The notes beneath the pieces are model-generated. The model did no database searches and was not told the DNA's origin. It saw only the letters and a program-made list of their open reading frames with translations. A stretch of 64,000 bases of DNA from Carcharhinus amblyrhynchos (Eukaryota), in the NCBI GenBank assembly GCA_965287045.1, contig OZ336882.1, positions 6,696,001-6,760,000 of the forward strand, written 5' to 3'. This document shows, one piece after another, positions 9,885 to 22,107 of this stretch (positions within the stretch are counted from its first letter, which is position 1; each line of letters starts with the position of its first letter). A program made the position numbers and the translations under genes.

Positions 9885-12260
9885 CATTTTAAAAGGGTTG
9901 ACAGCAATTGAAATCAATTCATAATGCTACAACTTTGTGTGCTAAAAGTAAACCAGAGTTGGTACCTGAATATCCAGTGGTGTATGATATTTAGAAAGGA
10001 CAGAAAGCTGGGAAAACGTGCAAGGGTAGTTCTGTAATTCAAGAGGACATTAGTATTGTAGTGAAAAGAATATTTTAATTCAAAAGATCACGACATAATC
10101 AGTTTGGGTGGAACTAAGAAAAAGTAAAAGGCAGGAAAATTTTCTGGGAGATTTTATATACCAACAAACAGCAGTGGTAATATACACTTCAGAAAATTGG
10201 AGTTGTGTTTAAGAAGGCTAATATAGCAATCAGGTGGAATTTCAAATTCTACAGACTGGGTAAATAAAGTTTATAATAATACTGTGAAGGACGATATCTT
10301 GCAACTGAAACAAAATGATTTTCAAGAGCAATGTATTGAGGAACGAAAAAGGGAACTGATTATTTTACACCTACAATTATGCAATCTAAATAAATAATTA
10401 ACAATCTGTTTATAAACGAGCCTTCAGGAAGGAATGACAAAAGTATGGTAGAAAGTGGCATTAAGTTTCAGAGTGATGTAATTCAATCAAGAGCCTTAAA
10501 TCTAAACAAAGGAAAGTGAAGATATGAGGACTATATTCGTTACGCTAGATTGGGAAACTATGTTAAAAAAATATGCCAGCAGCTGACAATTAAAAAGAAA
10601 CAAATACGTAGGTTACAACAGACATACATTCATTTAATGCACAAACACTGTGCAAGACAAGTCCTCCAACAGTGGAGAATGAAAGTAATCAGAATTAAGT
10701 AAGATCAAAGGAAGAAGCATATAAAGTTGCCAATATGTCATAAGCACGAGAATTGGCGCATTTTAGAATTTTGCGAAGGAGTACAAATAAATGATGAAGA
10801 AAGTGGAAATAAAAGAGAACATGCTAGCGAAAACTTAGAACATGACTGCAAAATCTTTTGTAGTTGTATGTAAAGGAAAAACATAGCAAAAGCAAATATG
10901 GGGCCATTTCAAGTCGAGGCAAGAAAAGTTATAATGAGGAACAAGGAAATAGCAGGTAAATAAACAAATACTTTGTGCCTGTCTTCACAGAGGGATATGT
11001 TTGACATGTCGCAAATTAATATAGAATTAACAGACTAGTGTAAATGAGGAACTGCAAGATTTGAACTATTAATTTAAGAAAGTACTAGAAAAACTATTGC
11101 GACTTAAAGCAGATAAATTCCATAGAACTTATTATCTGTATCCCAGAGTTGTCAAAAACGTAGCTGTAGAGGTAATAGGGGTATTGATGGTCATTTTCAA
11201 TATTCCGTGAATTGTGAAATGGCTCCTGCAGATTGGGAGATAGTTCATGTAACCTCACTAATTAAGAAGGGTTAGAGGAAACTCTAGGAACTTAAACTAA
11301 TGAATAGTAGTGTGCTACTATCTAGATTCCTATAGATGACAGTTTAGCACATACCCAACTATTGACCCTTAACAGCCCTCTCGGACAGAGATGTCCAAAT
11401 ATTCTGCATCCTCTGACTGGAGGAATACCTCCTTAAATTGCTTTCCCCTTACTATGAGGCTGCGTCCTTTGCCTCCAGACCCTTTAGCCAAGAAATCCGA
11501 GAAGCTTTCAGAAAGAACCTGATAACAGCACAGTGAGAAAACAGTGGTGAGATTGAATGCACTCAACAAGGTTTTATGAAAATGAAACCACATTTCACAA
11601 CCTTCGAGTTTTTTTGAGGGCATAACTAACAGAATAGGTAAGGTGTAAATGTAATATTAGATGTAAAGTTAGCAAATAACACAAAATTGGCTGCGAGTTG
11701 AATGAAACTACGTTTCAAGGGCATTTGGAGAGGCTAACAGAGTGGGCAAAAAATTGACAGCTGAAGCACAATGTGGAGAATTATGAAGTAATCCACTTTA
11801 GTAGGAGAAACAGAAACACGGATTATTTTTTAAGTGGTGAGAGATTCGGAAGCATGAAATTCAAAGGGACTGGGCTGCCCTTTTTCATCAGGCACTGAAA
11901 ACTAAAATGCACATACAGCAAGCCATTAAAAAGAAATATTGGATGTTGGCCTGTATTACAAGATGCTTTGAGTATAAGAACACAATGACTTTTTTTTCCT
12001 GAAATTATATAGAACATTGGTGAAACCACATCTGGAGTAATATGGGAAGTTTCTTTCTCCTTACCCATGTAAAGATACATTTTCCATAGAAGGTGATCAA
12101 CAAAGGTTCATGCAATTTACTTCCTGAGATGAGGGGTTGTCCAGTGAAGAAATATTAAATAGCTGTATTTTTATTGCCCGGGGTTGAGAAGAATGAGAGG
12201 TGATATGATTCAAGCAGACAAAACTCTTCCAAAGCTCAAATGGTATTGCAGAAAAGGTGG
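9885..12260 (+). mobile_element. Old, AT-drifted CR1 LINE (endonuclease to RT C-terminus), interrupted by a minus-strand CR1 piece at about 11330-11490
   Basis: Remnants of VWVELR, LGDFI, KYFVPVFT, VKLANNTK, YEVIHFSR, LVKPHLE motifs in shifting frames. Confidence 0.7.
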
Positions 12261-12339
12261 TTTTCTTGGCCTCCTTCTGCACTGTAGGAATTCAATTATT
12301 CTATAAGCTGAACCTCTTCCCAAACTGATGCAATACCAA

Positions 12340-12830
12340 AGAAACTACCCTTCGGACCTCCCCGATTCCTGGGTCCCCCCAGGACCACAAACGTTCGACA
12401 ACCGCCCCCATGACCTCCGAACCGCAACTATTGTGACCCTTGAAACACATGCGCCTTCCCCACCCGCACAGCCATCACCGCACCCCCCTCCCCACCCCCA
12501 GCAACCTCCAACGGCCGACCCCCAACGTCATCGTCTTCCCTTCGAATCCCAGCCATCCTCAGCTATGACTTCCGATCCCATCCCTCGGCCTCAGATCGGC
12601 CACACAACTTTTAACACACCCTCAAGACCCTCGACCTCCGTCCCAAGCTATTATTTGCCATACCCCATGACCTCCGACCCTGACCTCCGATCTTTCTCAC
12701 CTCACGACCACGGATCCCCCACCAGCACGCCCCCCACCCCCTACCCCCTCCCCTCTCTTTCCCCGCCCCCCCCCCACCCCCCCGCGCCGCGCAACCTCCC
12801 GACCACCCAAATGCCAACCACTTACCATGG
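12340..12830. repeat. C-rich low-complexity / degenerate minisatellite (TGACCTCCGA-like units, poly-C runs)
   Basis: Recurrent (A)TGACCTCCGA-like words near 12410, 12565, 12632, 12668 and 12681; long C runs at 12716-12783. Confidence 0.6.
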
Positions 12831-13084
12831 AAACTTATCTTCCGCCTGGACTCACAATTTCACTGGTACTTTTGAAGTTACCTGCTTTACAGAAGCCAGT
12901 GCAGTAAAAAGGGTGCGTGCCCTTCCCGAATTGGGATTTGCGGGACCTAAACTGACACAGTCCCCATGCAGCCCCGGCCAGCCTCCTTTTCTAGAGTAGG
13001 TAAATGCTTCTCAAAATCTGGTCATTCCAGCGGACCATGGTTTTCTGGCACTATTTGGATGTTATGGCCCCATATTCTCTCTGC

Positions 13085-13560
13085 CTAATTAGCCATCATT
13101 TGTCAAAGTGCTTTGTTATACTGTTTTAAAACTAGATTCTCTGTGACAGATGTTATGTTAACAGATCTGTACTTGACTGGTTTCTGTCTTCCTGCCTGTT
13201 TGAAGAATTTGCAATCGCTATTTTCCAACGTATTGAAATATTTACGAAACTCAGGATTTTTCAAAATTAAAACCAACGAATCAACCATCTCGCTTGATAT
13301 TTTTTGAGGAGTTCGGATAAAGTCCTTCAAAATCAGAGGATTTGTCAACCCGAGCTCAAGTAATTAGTTCAGTGCCATTTTCCTGGTGGTTGTAATTTTC
13401 TTGATTTTGCCCCCACCTTCAGCTATCTGAATTGTAGCTTTGTCAAGAGATGTTGCTTCTATCCTCTATCATGAGGGTCGATGTAGAATGCCCAGTTCAA
13501 TTCATCTGTTATTTCGTCATTTTCCGTGATGAATTCGCAGACTCACATTCCTAGGACCAC
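13085..13560 (-). mobile_element. Decayed CR1 LINE fragment
   Basis: ORF 13103..13348: EMVDSLVLILKN...GRQKPVKYRSVNITSV, equivalent to the NYRPVSLTSV region. Confidence 0.7.
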
Positions 13561-13587
13561 CTCTCGCTTTAATTTTTCACTATTAAC

Positions 13588-13900
13588 TGGAGGTTAGCAC
13601 TGCTGCCTTACAGCGCCAGTGACCCGGGTTCAAATCCCGGCTTGGGTCACTGTGTGTGTGGAGTCTGCACGTTCTCCCCGTGTCTGCGTGGGCTTCCTCT
13701 GGTTATCGGGTTTTCTCCCACAGACGTGCTGTTTCCTGCTTCTGAAAGACGTGCTGGTTAGGTGCTTTGGCCATGCTAAATTCTCCCTCCGTGTACCCGG
13801 ACAGGCACCGGAGAGTGGTGACCAGTGGATTTTCACAGAAACTTCATTACACTGTTAATGTAAGCCTAGTTGTGACTAATAAATAAATTTCAACTTTAAT
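13588..13900 (+). mobile_element. tRNA-derived V-SINE (HE1-like head/core, non-CR1 tail)
   Basis: GGTTAGCACTGCTGCC...GGGTTCAAATCCC (A/B-box-like), V-domain TGTGGAGTCTGCACGTTCTCCCCGTGTCTGCGTGGG, tail TTAATGTAAGCCTAGTTGTGACTAATAAA. Confidence 0.85.
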
Positions 13901-14019
13901 TTTATTTGACCACGGATGATGTGTCCTCCCCTTGGATTTTTTTGTTGGAATGGATCTATTCCATGAATTCTGAAATGTCCCTCTAAATTTCAGGCTCTGC
14001 AGCTCTACTGCCCAATCCA

Positions 14020-15120
14020 TGCCTACTCATCGCCGGCACTAAATGCACCCCTCCCTGATGAGCTCAATCCTTTCTATGCCAGGTTTGAGCAAGAGGTCAG
14101 CAAGAGCATACCTTCCATCCCAGAAGCTTCAGCTGGAACAATATCTAATGTCACCATCGCACATGTCAGATCAGCCTTCTCGAAAGTGAACCCACGGAAA
14201 TCGACTGACCTGGGTGAGTTCACCTGGACAAGCACTCAGATCCTGCATGGACCAGCTGGTGAGGCTGGGTGTGTGTGTGTGTGTGTGGGGGGGTGCAATT
14301 ATGCAGGAATCTTTGCCCTCTCCTTGTACTGATCTGGTGTCTCTACCTGTTCAAGAAGACGACCATTTTTCTAGTATCAAAGAAAAAGACAGATAGCGTG
14401 TTAGTGACGATTGACCGGTGGTTCTGACACAGATTATTATGAAGTACTTCGAAAGGTTAGTTATGGCACGGATCAATTCCAGCCTCCCAAATTGCCTGGA
14501 TCCTTTACAGTTCACCACTCACTGCAACAGATCCACAGCAGGCACAATTTCCCTGGTCCTACGCTCACCCCTGGAACAATAAATATCAAAGACACTCATG
14601 TCAGACTCCTATTTATTAACTACAGCGCAGTCATTAACACCATTATTCCTATAAAACGCATCTCCACAATCTTTGGCCTTGGACTCAGTTTCTTCTGCGA
14701 TTGGGTCCTAGACTTTCGAATCCACAGACAGCAATCAGTAAGGATAGACAATCACACCTCATCCACGATCATCCTCAACAGCGGTGCGACACAGTGCTGT
14801 GTCTTCAGCCACTTACTATACATAAGAACATAAGAAATAGGAGCAGGAGTAGGCCATATACTCCTTATAAAGCTTTGCCTTGTGGTCAAATTCCCCTCCA
14901 AGTTTGTTAATGACACCATCGTAGTGAGTCGGATCGCAAACAATGATGAGATGGAGTACACGCAGGAGATAGAGAATCTGGTGAACTGGTGCGATGACAA
15001 TAATCTCTTCCTCAATGTCAGTAAAAGGAAGGAGACAGTCAGCGCCGACAGGAAGTGTAGAAGAGCTCACGTTCCTATCCACATCAATAGGATTGAAGTG
15101 GAAATGGTCGAGAGCTTTTC
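14020..15120 (+). mobile_element. Rex1/Babar-type non-LTR retrotransposon RT fragment (contains a (GT)n run at about 14269-14287)
   Basis: LPDELNPFYARFE, VRLLFINYSAVINTI, CDWVLDF...QSVRI, KFVNDTIVVSRI, LVNWCDDNNLFLNVSK. Confidence 0.8.
14822..14856 (-). mobile_element. 35-bp extreme 3' end of a CR1 LINE inserted into the Rex1 element
   Basis: ATAAGAACATAAGAAATAGGAGCAGGAGTAGGCCA is identical to the tails at 20462+ and ~47600+; flanked by TATAC (14817-14821, 14857-14861). Confidence 0.8.
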
Positions 15121-15249
15121 TGACAAGATCTCGTTATTTCATCCGACTTTAGGGAGCCTGTTCACCACTGCCTCAAGTGACTGATGACTTTTTATTTGTC
15201 ATCATTACCCAAACAGTCTCTACACACTGGTTTTTTGAACTTAGATCAT

Positions 15250-15615
15250 CCATATTCAGTGCCCCATGAACAGAACCACACAACAGAAACATACACACTG
15301 CACTGTGAGTGCTGCCTGGCTGTGTGAGAATGTTTTTAGTGTCAGGTGAAACAGGGAGTTCAAGTCGTAAGTAATAAGGAGGTAGCTCTTGTTAGCCAAA
15401 CGAGCAAAACTAACTCAAATTAACTTAGGGACAAATTAAGAGGGGCAGCCCCCCAAAAAGGAACCCGGGGGGGACGGCCCGAACAGAAACCAAAGTCCAA
15501 AGGAAACTTAAAACATTAAATCAAAATGTGGTTGTAAGGGCCTATAACACACACCAGCCCCTGCGGTGCTCAGCGGGCGCGGAAGGCGTCAACTTGCACC
15601 CGTGGACACCGCATG
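15250..15615 (-). mobile_element. Probable Tx1/L1-group retrotransposon 3' end
   Basis: Manual translation HAVSTG(fs)VDAFRAR*APQGLVCVIGPYNHILI* resembles Tx1-clade ORF2 C-termini; recognised from memory, and the 3' boundary is uncertain. Confidence 0.5.
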
Positions 15616-16700
15616 TCATTAAGCTTGCTTTCAGGATTAGCTAACTTAGTTATTTAATTGGGAAATTAAATGTTACACCCTAGTGAGTGCATTGCTGAAA
15701 CAGGATTCAGCTGAGTCATTTCTCAGTTGAAACTCCAGCTGACTAATTGTTCAAACCAATTTCAGTGCATTGTGAGTAGAAACCTACAAAAACAGAGGCC
15801 AGTAAGTGCTGCACTGTCTATACTCTGAGTTCAGCTCGGCTGAATGAAGGTGTTTTTGGAGTTAAGTAGAACAGACAGCCAAGGTTACAAGAGGGAGTGC
15901 TGATTGGTAAGTAGTGGGCCAGGTCGGTAAGTCTTTCCAACTTTTATCAGTTTTTATCGTTTGAAATTACCTATTGTGTTTCATAACCAGTAACGGCGGG
16001 AACTGGTTCGGCGAGGACAAGGGAAGAAGGGCATAATGATTGCTACATTTAATTACTTTTTTTAAGCGATTGATTGATTAACCCAGGAAATGTCAGTCGG
16101 GAGGTGCAGTGCTCCAACTGTGAGGTGTCGGAGGCCCATGACTCTTCCAGTGTTCCGGATGGCTACATCTGCAGGAAGTGCATCCAATGGCAGTTCTTCA
16201 CAGAACGCATTGGAGAAATAGTTGGATGCACCTAGGAGCATGCAGATGGCGGAAAGCTTCATTGATAGGATTTCCAGAGACCTGATTGAGTGAGGGGTAG
16301 GAATGGCAGTTCAACGTCCTGGGATGTAGGTGAGATATGGAGTGGGTAAAGGAGGAGGAATTGCATTATTAGTTAAGCAGGCAGTTATTGCAGTAAGAAG
16401 AGATATCTTGGAGGGGGCATCAAATGAAGATTTGTGGGTAGAGCTTGGGAATAGAAAAGGGAGAGCTTAGTTGTTAGCTGTTCATTATTGATCCCCTTAT
16501 AGTCAGCTGGAAATTGAAGAGCAAATGTGCACGATTTGCAGAGGGATGTAAAATTAATAAAATGGTGATTTCAACTTTCCCAACATTAATTGGGATTACC
16601 ATCATACTAGGGACTTGGATGGAGTAGAGTTCTTAAAACGCATACAGGAATAGATCAATGTATAAAGGATCGAACAAGGCAGGGAGCTGTGCTGGATCTA

Positions 16701-16965
16701 GACAGCTTGGTAGCACGGTGGTTAGCACCGCTGCTTCAGTGCCAGGGACCAGTATTCGATTCCCGGCTTGGGTTACTGCCTGTGCACGTTCTCCCCGTGT
16801 TTGTGTGAGTTTCCTCCGGGTTCTCCAGTTCCCTCCCACATTCTGAAAGGTATGCTGGTTAGATGTATTCACCCGAACAGGCGACTGTGGTGACTAGAGG
16901 AAATTGCAGTAACTTCATGACAATGTTAATGTAAGCTTTACTTGTGACACTAAAACTTTAAACTA
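16701..16965 (+). mobile_element. V-SINE (non-CR1 tail) inserted in the CR1 endonuclease region
   Basis: tRNA-like head, V-domain, tail AATGTAAGCTTTACTTGTGACACTAAA; the host reads GGATCTA|ATTCTGGGGAAT (LDLILGN) when the SINE is removed; CTA is duplicated. Confidence 0.85.
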
Positions 16966-17340
16966 ATTCTGGGGAATGAAGCCGGAAGGTGGTTGATGTG
17001 TTGGTGGAGGAGCATTTCGATGATAGCAATCACAATGGTTCGGTTCAATTTTGTTATGGGCAAAGAAATTAACAAGTTGCTGAAAATGTCTTGGAGTGGG
17101 GGAGAGTAGATACTAAAAAATTAGGCACAACCTGGCCAAGGTGGACTGGAACGAGTTACTTGAGGAAATCTACATAAGAGGAATGGGAAAGAGCAGGGGG
17201 GACGGTGGGGAGCAGTCAAAGATGACATAGGGATGGTACAGGCCTAACAAGCACCCACCAGGGTAACAAAGTGTAGCAAACTGAGAACCATGGATGAGCA
17301 AAGGAATTCATGATGAAATGAGAAGGAAAAGAGGCATTTA

Positions 17341-17646
17341 GAAACATAGAACCCTACAGTGCAGAAAGAGGCCCTTCAGCCCATCGAGTCTGCACTGACC
17401 ACAATTCCACCCAGGCCCTACCCCCCCATATCACTACATATTTACCTACTCATCCCGGGGCACTAAGGGGCAATTTTCAACATGGCCAATCAACCTAACC
17501 CACAGATCTCTGGACTGGGAGGAAACCCACACAGACACGAGGCAAATGTGCAAACTCCACACAGGCAGTGGTCTGAGCCGGGAATTGAACCCAAGTCCCT
17601 GGAGCTGTGAAGCAGCAGTGCTAACTACTGTGCTACTGTGACGCCC
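17341..17646 (-). mobile_element. Full-length HE1-like V-SINE with CR1-type tail
   Basis: Minus strand GGGCGTCACAGTAGCACAGTAGTTAGCACTGCTGC...GGGTTCAATTCC...GGGCTGAAGGGCCTCTTTCTGCACTGTAGGGTTCTATG; TSD ATTTA at 17336-17340 and 17647-17651. Confidence 0.88.
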
Positions 17647-18589
17647 ATTTAATAAGTAAAAGGGGAGCAAGTTTGTGGAGGCATTAATGGAGTACAGAAA
17701 GTGCAGGATGAAGCTTACGAGATCAATTAGGAGAGCAAAGAGGTAATATGAGAAAGCTCTGGCTGGAAAAAGTAGTAAAAATCCTAGGTAATCTAAGTGT
17801 ATCAATGGGAAGAGGGTAACCATGCAAAGAGTAGGGACTAAGGGGGAAATCCATCAGTGGAGGCAGAGGATATTGGTAAGATGTTAACGAATATGTCACA
17901 TTTGTCTTCACCCATGAAAATGAGGAGGTAGTTATGAAACTCGAAGAGAGACTGAGGTTCCAGAGAAAAGTATCACGGAGTGACAAGGTATTGGATGTAT
18001 TGGCGAGCTGAAAAGTGGACAAATCTCCAGGTCCAAATGAATTGTGTCACAAGCTATTGTGGGATGCAAGGGAGGATTTTGCCACGGTTCTGACCCAAAT
18101 TTTTAATTCTTCTCTGGCCACTGGGGAGGTGCTGTGGACTGTAGAACAGCTAATGTGTCTATGGGGGTGTGGGGCACACTATTTAAGAAAGTTTGTAGAG
18201 ACAAGCCAGGCAAATATGGACCAGTGAGTCTCTCATCCATACTTGGGAAATTACAGAGAAGACTCTGAAGGAGGTAAGGTGAACTCATAATTGGCTTGTA
18301 GTAGGAAACAGAGGATATGACAGATTGCTGATTGAGTAGCCCGTGGTGTACTGCATGGATCAGTGCTCAGTCCCTACTGTTATTAATTACATAAACAACA
18401 TTGACCACTGTGTGCAGGTAGGATCAGTAAGTTTGTCGATGTTAACCACCCGTGAATCATTGTGTCAATGAGTCTTGGGTTACAGGAAGGTGTAGACGAG
18501 ATAGTCAAATGACAGATGGAATTTAACCCTGAGAAGTGCGAGGTGATGGACTTTGGAAGGAGTAATTTGACAAGGAAGTATGCTATAAA

Positions 18590-19325
18590 CAACCTAAACC
18601 CTGCTGCAGCAACCTCTGCAAGACATGCAGGATCATCGACACGGATGCCATTGTCTCACCTGAGAACACCACCCACCAGGTACACGGTACGTACCCTTGC
18701 AGCTTGGCCAACGTTGTCTACCTGGTACACTGCAGGAAAGGATGTCCCGAGGCATGGTACAATGGGGAGACCATGCAGACGCTATGACAACAGATGAATG
18801 AACTCTGCTCGACAACCACCAGGTAAATCCGTTCTCTTCCTGATGGGGAACACTTCAGTGGTCACTGGTACTCACCTCTGCTCTTCTGGTAAGCGTTCTC
18901 CAAGGTGGCCTTTGCGACACACGACAACACAGAGTCGCTGAACAAAGGCTGATAGCCAAGTTCTGCACACGTGAAAACGGCCTCAACAGGGATCTTGCGT
19001 TCATGTCACATTATCCGTAACCCCCACGACTTGCCTGGGCTTGCAAAATCTCGCTAACTGTCCTGTCTGGAGACAATGTGCATCGCTTTAACCTGTTCTT
19101 AACTCTCTCTCCACTCACATTGTCTGTACCTTTAAGACTTGATTACCTGTAAAGATTCGCATTCCAACCATTACTTTGTAAATTGAGTTTGTCTTTATAC
19201 GCCCTGTTTGTGAATAGAGCTCCCACTTTCCTGAGGAAGGAACAACACTCCGAAAGCTACTGGATATTGCTACTAAATAAACCTGTTGGACTTTAACCTG
19301 GTGTTGTGAGACTTCTTGCTGTATT
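18590..19325 (+). mobile_element. Penelope-like element 3' part (GIY-YIG endonuclease remnant + pseudo-LTR)
   Basis: PCCSNLCKTC...ANVVYLVHCRKGCPEAWYNGET...GEHFS...AEQRLIAKF...GLNRDLAFMSHY; terminal CCTGAGGAAGG...CCGAAAGCT...AATAAACCTGTTGGACT. Confidence 0.85.
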
Positions 19326-19819
19326 TACATGCGCCATGGCAACTGGACCTTTCTTAGTCCACTCCAAGTTCCTCTTCAGTCATGAAGACATGTTATGGAA
19401 ATTGACTCCAGACAGGAAACATGGCCTTCTAGTTTAGTATTCTTTGCTGCAGAGAACTGTTTGTCTCCAGACTTTACAATCATACATTGCTTTTTGTTCC
19501 CCCCAATGAAATGATTTCCAATGCCTTGGCCAGTATTCTCATAAACAATGCAGCCTCCACTCTCGTTCAAACAAGCTGAAATAATTTCAGCGCTGTTGGA
19601 CAGCCCTAGCACTTCTGCGCTACGGTTCCTTTACCTGCTTCACTCGCCTCAAACACTCCTGACCTTTTCTATTGTAAGTAAACACAGAAGTTCCAAGCAA
19701 CGATCATCTCCAACAAGAGAGAATCTAACAAACGCCTTTGATTGTCAAGAGACGAAACTATCGCTGAATCCCTGTGTCGACATACTGAGGGTTGCAAGAA
19801 AGTGAACTGAATGCACCAC

Positions 19820-20395
19820 ATAAATACCGTGTCTATAAGCGCAGGTCAGCATCTAGGAAGCCAACGGCGAGTAGCTCACCTCCTGACTCCCCAAGCTTGT
19901 CCTCCATCTATAAGATAGAAATTAGGAGGATGATGGAATACTCTCCACTAGCCTGGATGGATGCAACTTCAACAAGAGTCATGGAGCTCGACATCTTCCA
20001 AGGCAGAATAAAACCACTAAAATCCACAAACCTACCTTCCCTCCGCCAGCGACGGACAGTGAAAACAGAGTGGAATCAACAAAATGAACTGCAGGAACAC
20101 ATTCAGGAGACCTTTAACATCACTTCGGAAACCCACCACCGCTCCCATAAATGACAAGAGCAGCCATCAGGTGAAAACGACACCAAATGGAAATTCTCTT
20201 CGAATCCACTCACCATTTTGACTTCGAAATATGGCGCCATTTCGTAACTATTGCTAGATCACAATTCTGGAACTGTTTCCATCTACACCACATGGGCTGA
20301 AGAGGTTCAGGAAGGCAGCTCGCCACTACCCTCCCAAGGGAAATTAGGGAAGGGTATTAAATGCTTGTCTACCTAACGAAACCAAATCCCATAAA
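19820..20395 (+). mobile_element. CR1/L2-group LINE 3' fragment (family distinct from the HER1-like copies)
   Basis: SLSSIYKIEIRRMMEYSPLAWMDATST...LDIFQ; tail GGTTCAGGAAGGCAGCTCGCCACTACC...AAGGGAAATTAGGGA. Same family as 36130-37680. Confidence 0.7.
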
Positions 20396-20461
20396 AGGTT
20401 TATTTTTTAACTGACCACAGCAGAAGACTTTTCCCTAACGGGTGTGGCCGCCTCCTGATAA

Positions 20462-22107
20462 CATAAGAACATAAGAAATAGGAGCAGGAGTAGGCCAACC
20501 AGCCCTTCGAGCCTGCCCCGCCATTCAATAAGATCATGGCTGATCTGTCATGGCTCAGTTCCACATTCCCGCCCGCTCCCCATAACCCTTAATTCCCCTC
20601 TCTCTTATCAAAAACCCATCAACCCGCGTCTTAAAAATATTTAGCGAGGCAGCCTCCGCCACTTCAACGGGCAGAGAATTCCAGGGATTCACCACCCTTT
20701 GAGTGAAGAAGTTCCTCCTCAACTCCGTTCTAAACCGCCCCCCCCCCCCACTTATCTTGAGGCTATGCCCCCTAGTCCTACTATCCTTTCTGAGCGGGAA
20801 GAGTCTCTCCACCTCTATCCTATCCATCCCATTCATCATCTTATACGTCTCAATGAGATCTCCCCTCATTCTTCTAAACTCTAACGAGTACAAGCCTAAT
20901 CTATTCAGCCTCTCCTCATAGCTCAACCCCCTCAACTCTGGCATCAGCCTAGTAAACCTCCTCTGCACTCCCTCCAAGGCTAAAATATCCTTGCGTAAGT
21001 ACGGCGCCCAAAACTGCACACAGTACTCCAGCTGCGGCCTCACCAACGCCCCATACAGCCGCGGCAAGACCTCCCTACTTTTATATTCAATCCCCCTCGC
21101 GATGAAGGCCAGCATCCCATTCACCTTCCTGACCACCTGCTGCACCTGCAAGCTGAGTTTTTGCGACTCATGCACAAGGGCCTGGAGGTCCCTCTGCACC
21201 GTCGCCTGCTGCAGTTTTTCTCCACGTAAGTAATAATCCTTCCTACCATTATTCCTACCAAAGTGGACCACCTCGCACTTGCCAACATTAAATTCCAGTT
21301 GCCATTTTCTGGCCCATTCGCCCAGCCTATCTAGATCCTTCTGTAGACTCTCCCCACCCTCCGCACAATTTGCCGTTCCACCAATTTTGGTGTCATCAGC
21401 AAATTTCGACACCCTGCACTCGGTTCCCTCCTCCAGATCATCTATATAAATGGTAAATAGCTGAGGCCCCAGCACCGACCCCTGGGACACTCCACTAGTC
21501 ACCATCCGCCAATCCGAATAGCACCCGTTGACCCCGACTCTCTGCCTCCTATTTGACAACCAGTCCTCTATCCACGCTAACACCCTACCCCCAACTCCAT
21601 GCCCCCTGACCTTCTGTAATAACCTCTTGAGGTACCTTGTCAAACGCCTTCTGAAAATCCAGAAAGACCACATCCACCGGCTCTCCTCTACCCACCGCCC
21701 TAGACACATCCTCATAGAACTCCAGTAAATTTGTCAGACACGACTTCCCTTTAAGGAAACCGTGCTGCGTCTGCTCTATCAAGCAGTTCCCCTCAAGATG
21801 CCTCGCTATTTCCTCCTTGATGACGGATTCTAACATTTTACCGACAACAGACGTTAAACTAACAGGCCTATAATTCCCCGCCTTTTGCCTGGCACCCTTC
21901 TTAAACAACGGCGTAACATTAGCCGTTTTCCAAACTTCCGGCACTTCCCCGGAATCCAGCGACGTCTGGAAAATAACCACCAAGGCATCCACTACCACCT
22001 CCGCCATTTCTTTCAGGACCCTCGGATGCATTCCATCCGGTCCTGGGGACTTGTCCACAATCAGCCCCTCCAGTCTGTCGAGCACCACCTCTCTAGTAAC
22101 AATACTA
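20462..22107 (-). mobile_element. Young 5'-truncated CR1 LINE, subfamily B, with one frameshift near 21630
   Basis: ORFs 21585..22088 and 20555..21715 join into ORF2 (DKSPGPDGMHPRVLKE...NYRPVSLTS...DFQKAFDKV...SKFADDTK); (TTCTTATG)n tail; TSD GATAA at 20457-20461 and 22108-22112. Confidence 0.95.

Larger units (their letters stand above)
15860..18585 (+). mobile_element. Long decayed CR1 LINE retaining ORF1 zinc-finger remnant, endonuclease and RT; interrupted by two SINEs
   Basis: VQCSNCEV...GYICRKC (ORF1, about 16100-16200); LWVELG, GDFNFPNINW, AVLDL/ILGNE; VDKSPGPNEL; MEFNPEKCEVMDFG. Confidence 0.8.

Noticed and set aside
2590-12260. Excess of LINEs antisense to Pcdh as evidence that the region is intronic
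   Set aside because: The bias is only mild over the whole window and fragments are not independent, so it is not testable by eye.
12820-12885. Sense-strand donor-like sites (ATG|GTAAGT, CAG|GTAAC) as Pcdh constant exons
   Set aside because: Upstream sequence gave no recognisable constant-region peptide and lies in a repeat-like block.
12328-12999. 223-aa proline-rich ORF
   Set aside because: Explained by C-rich low-complexity DNA; no domain recognisable.
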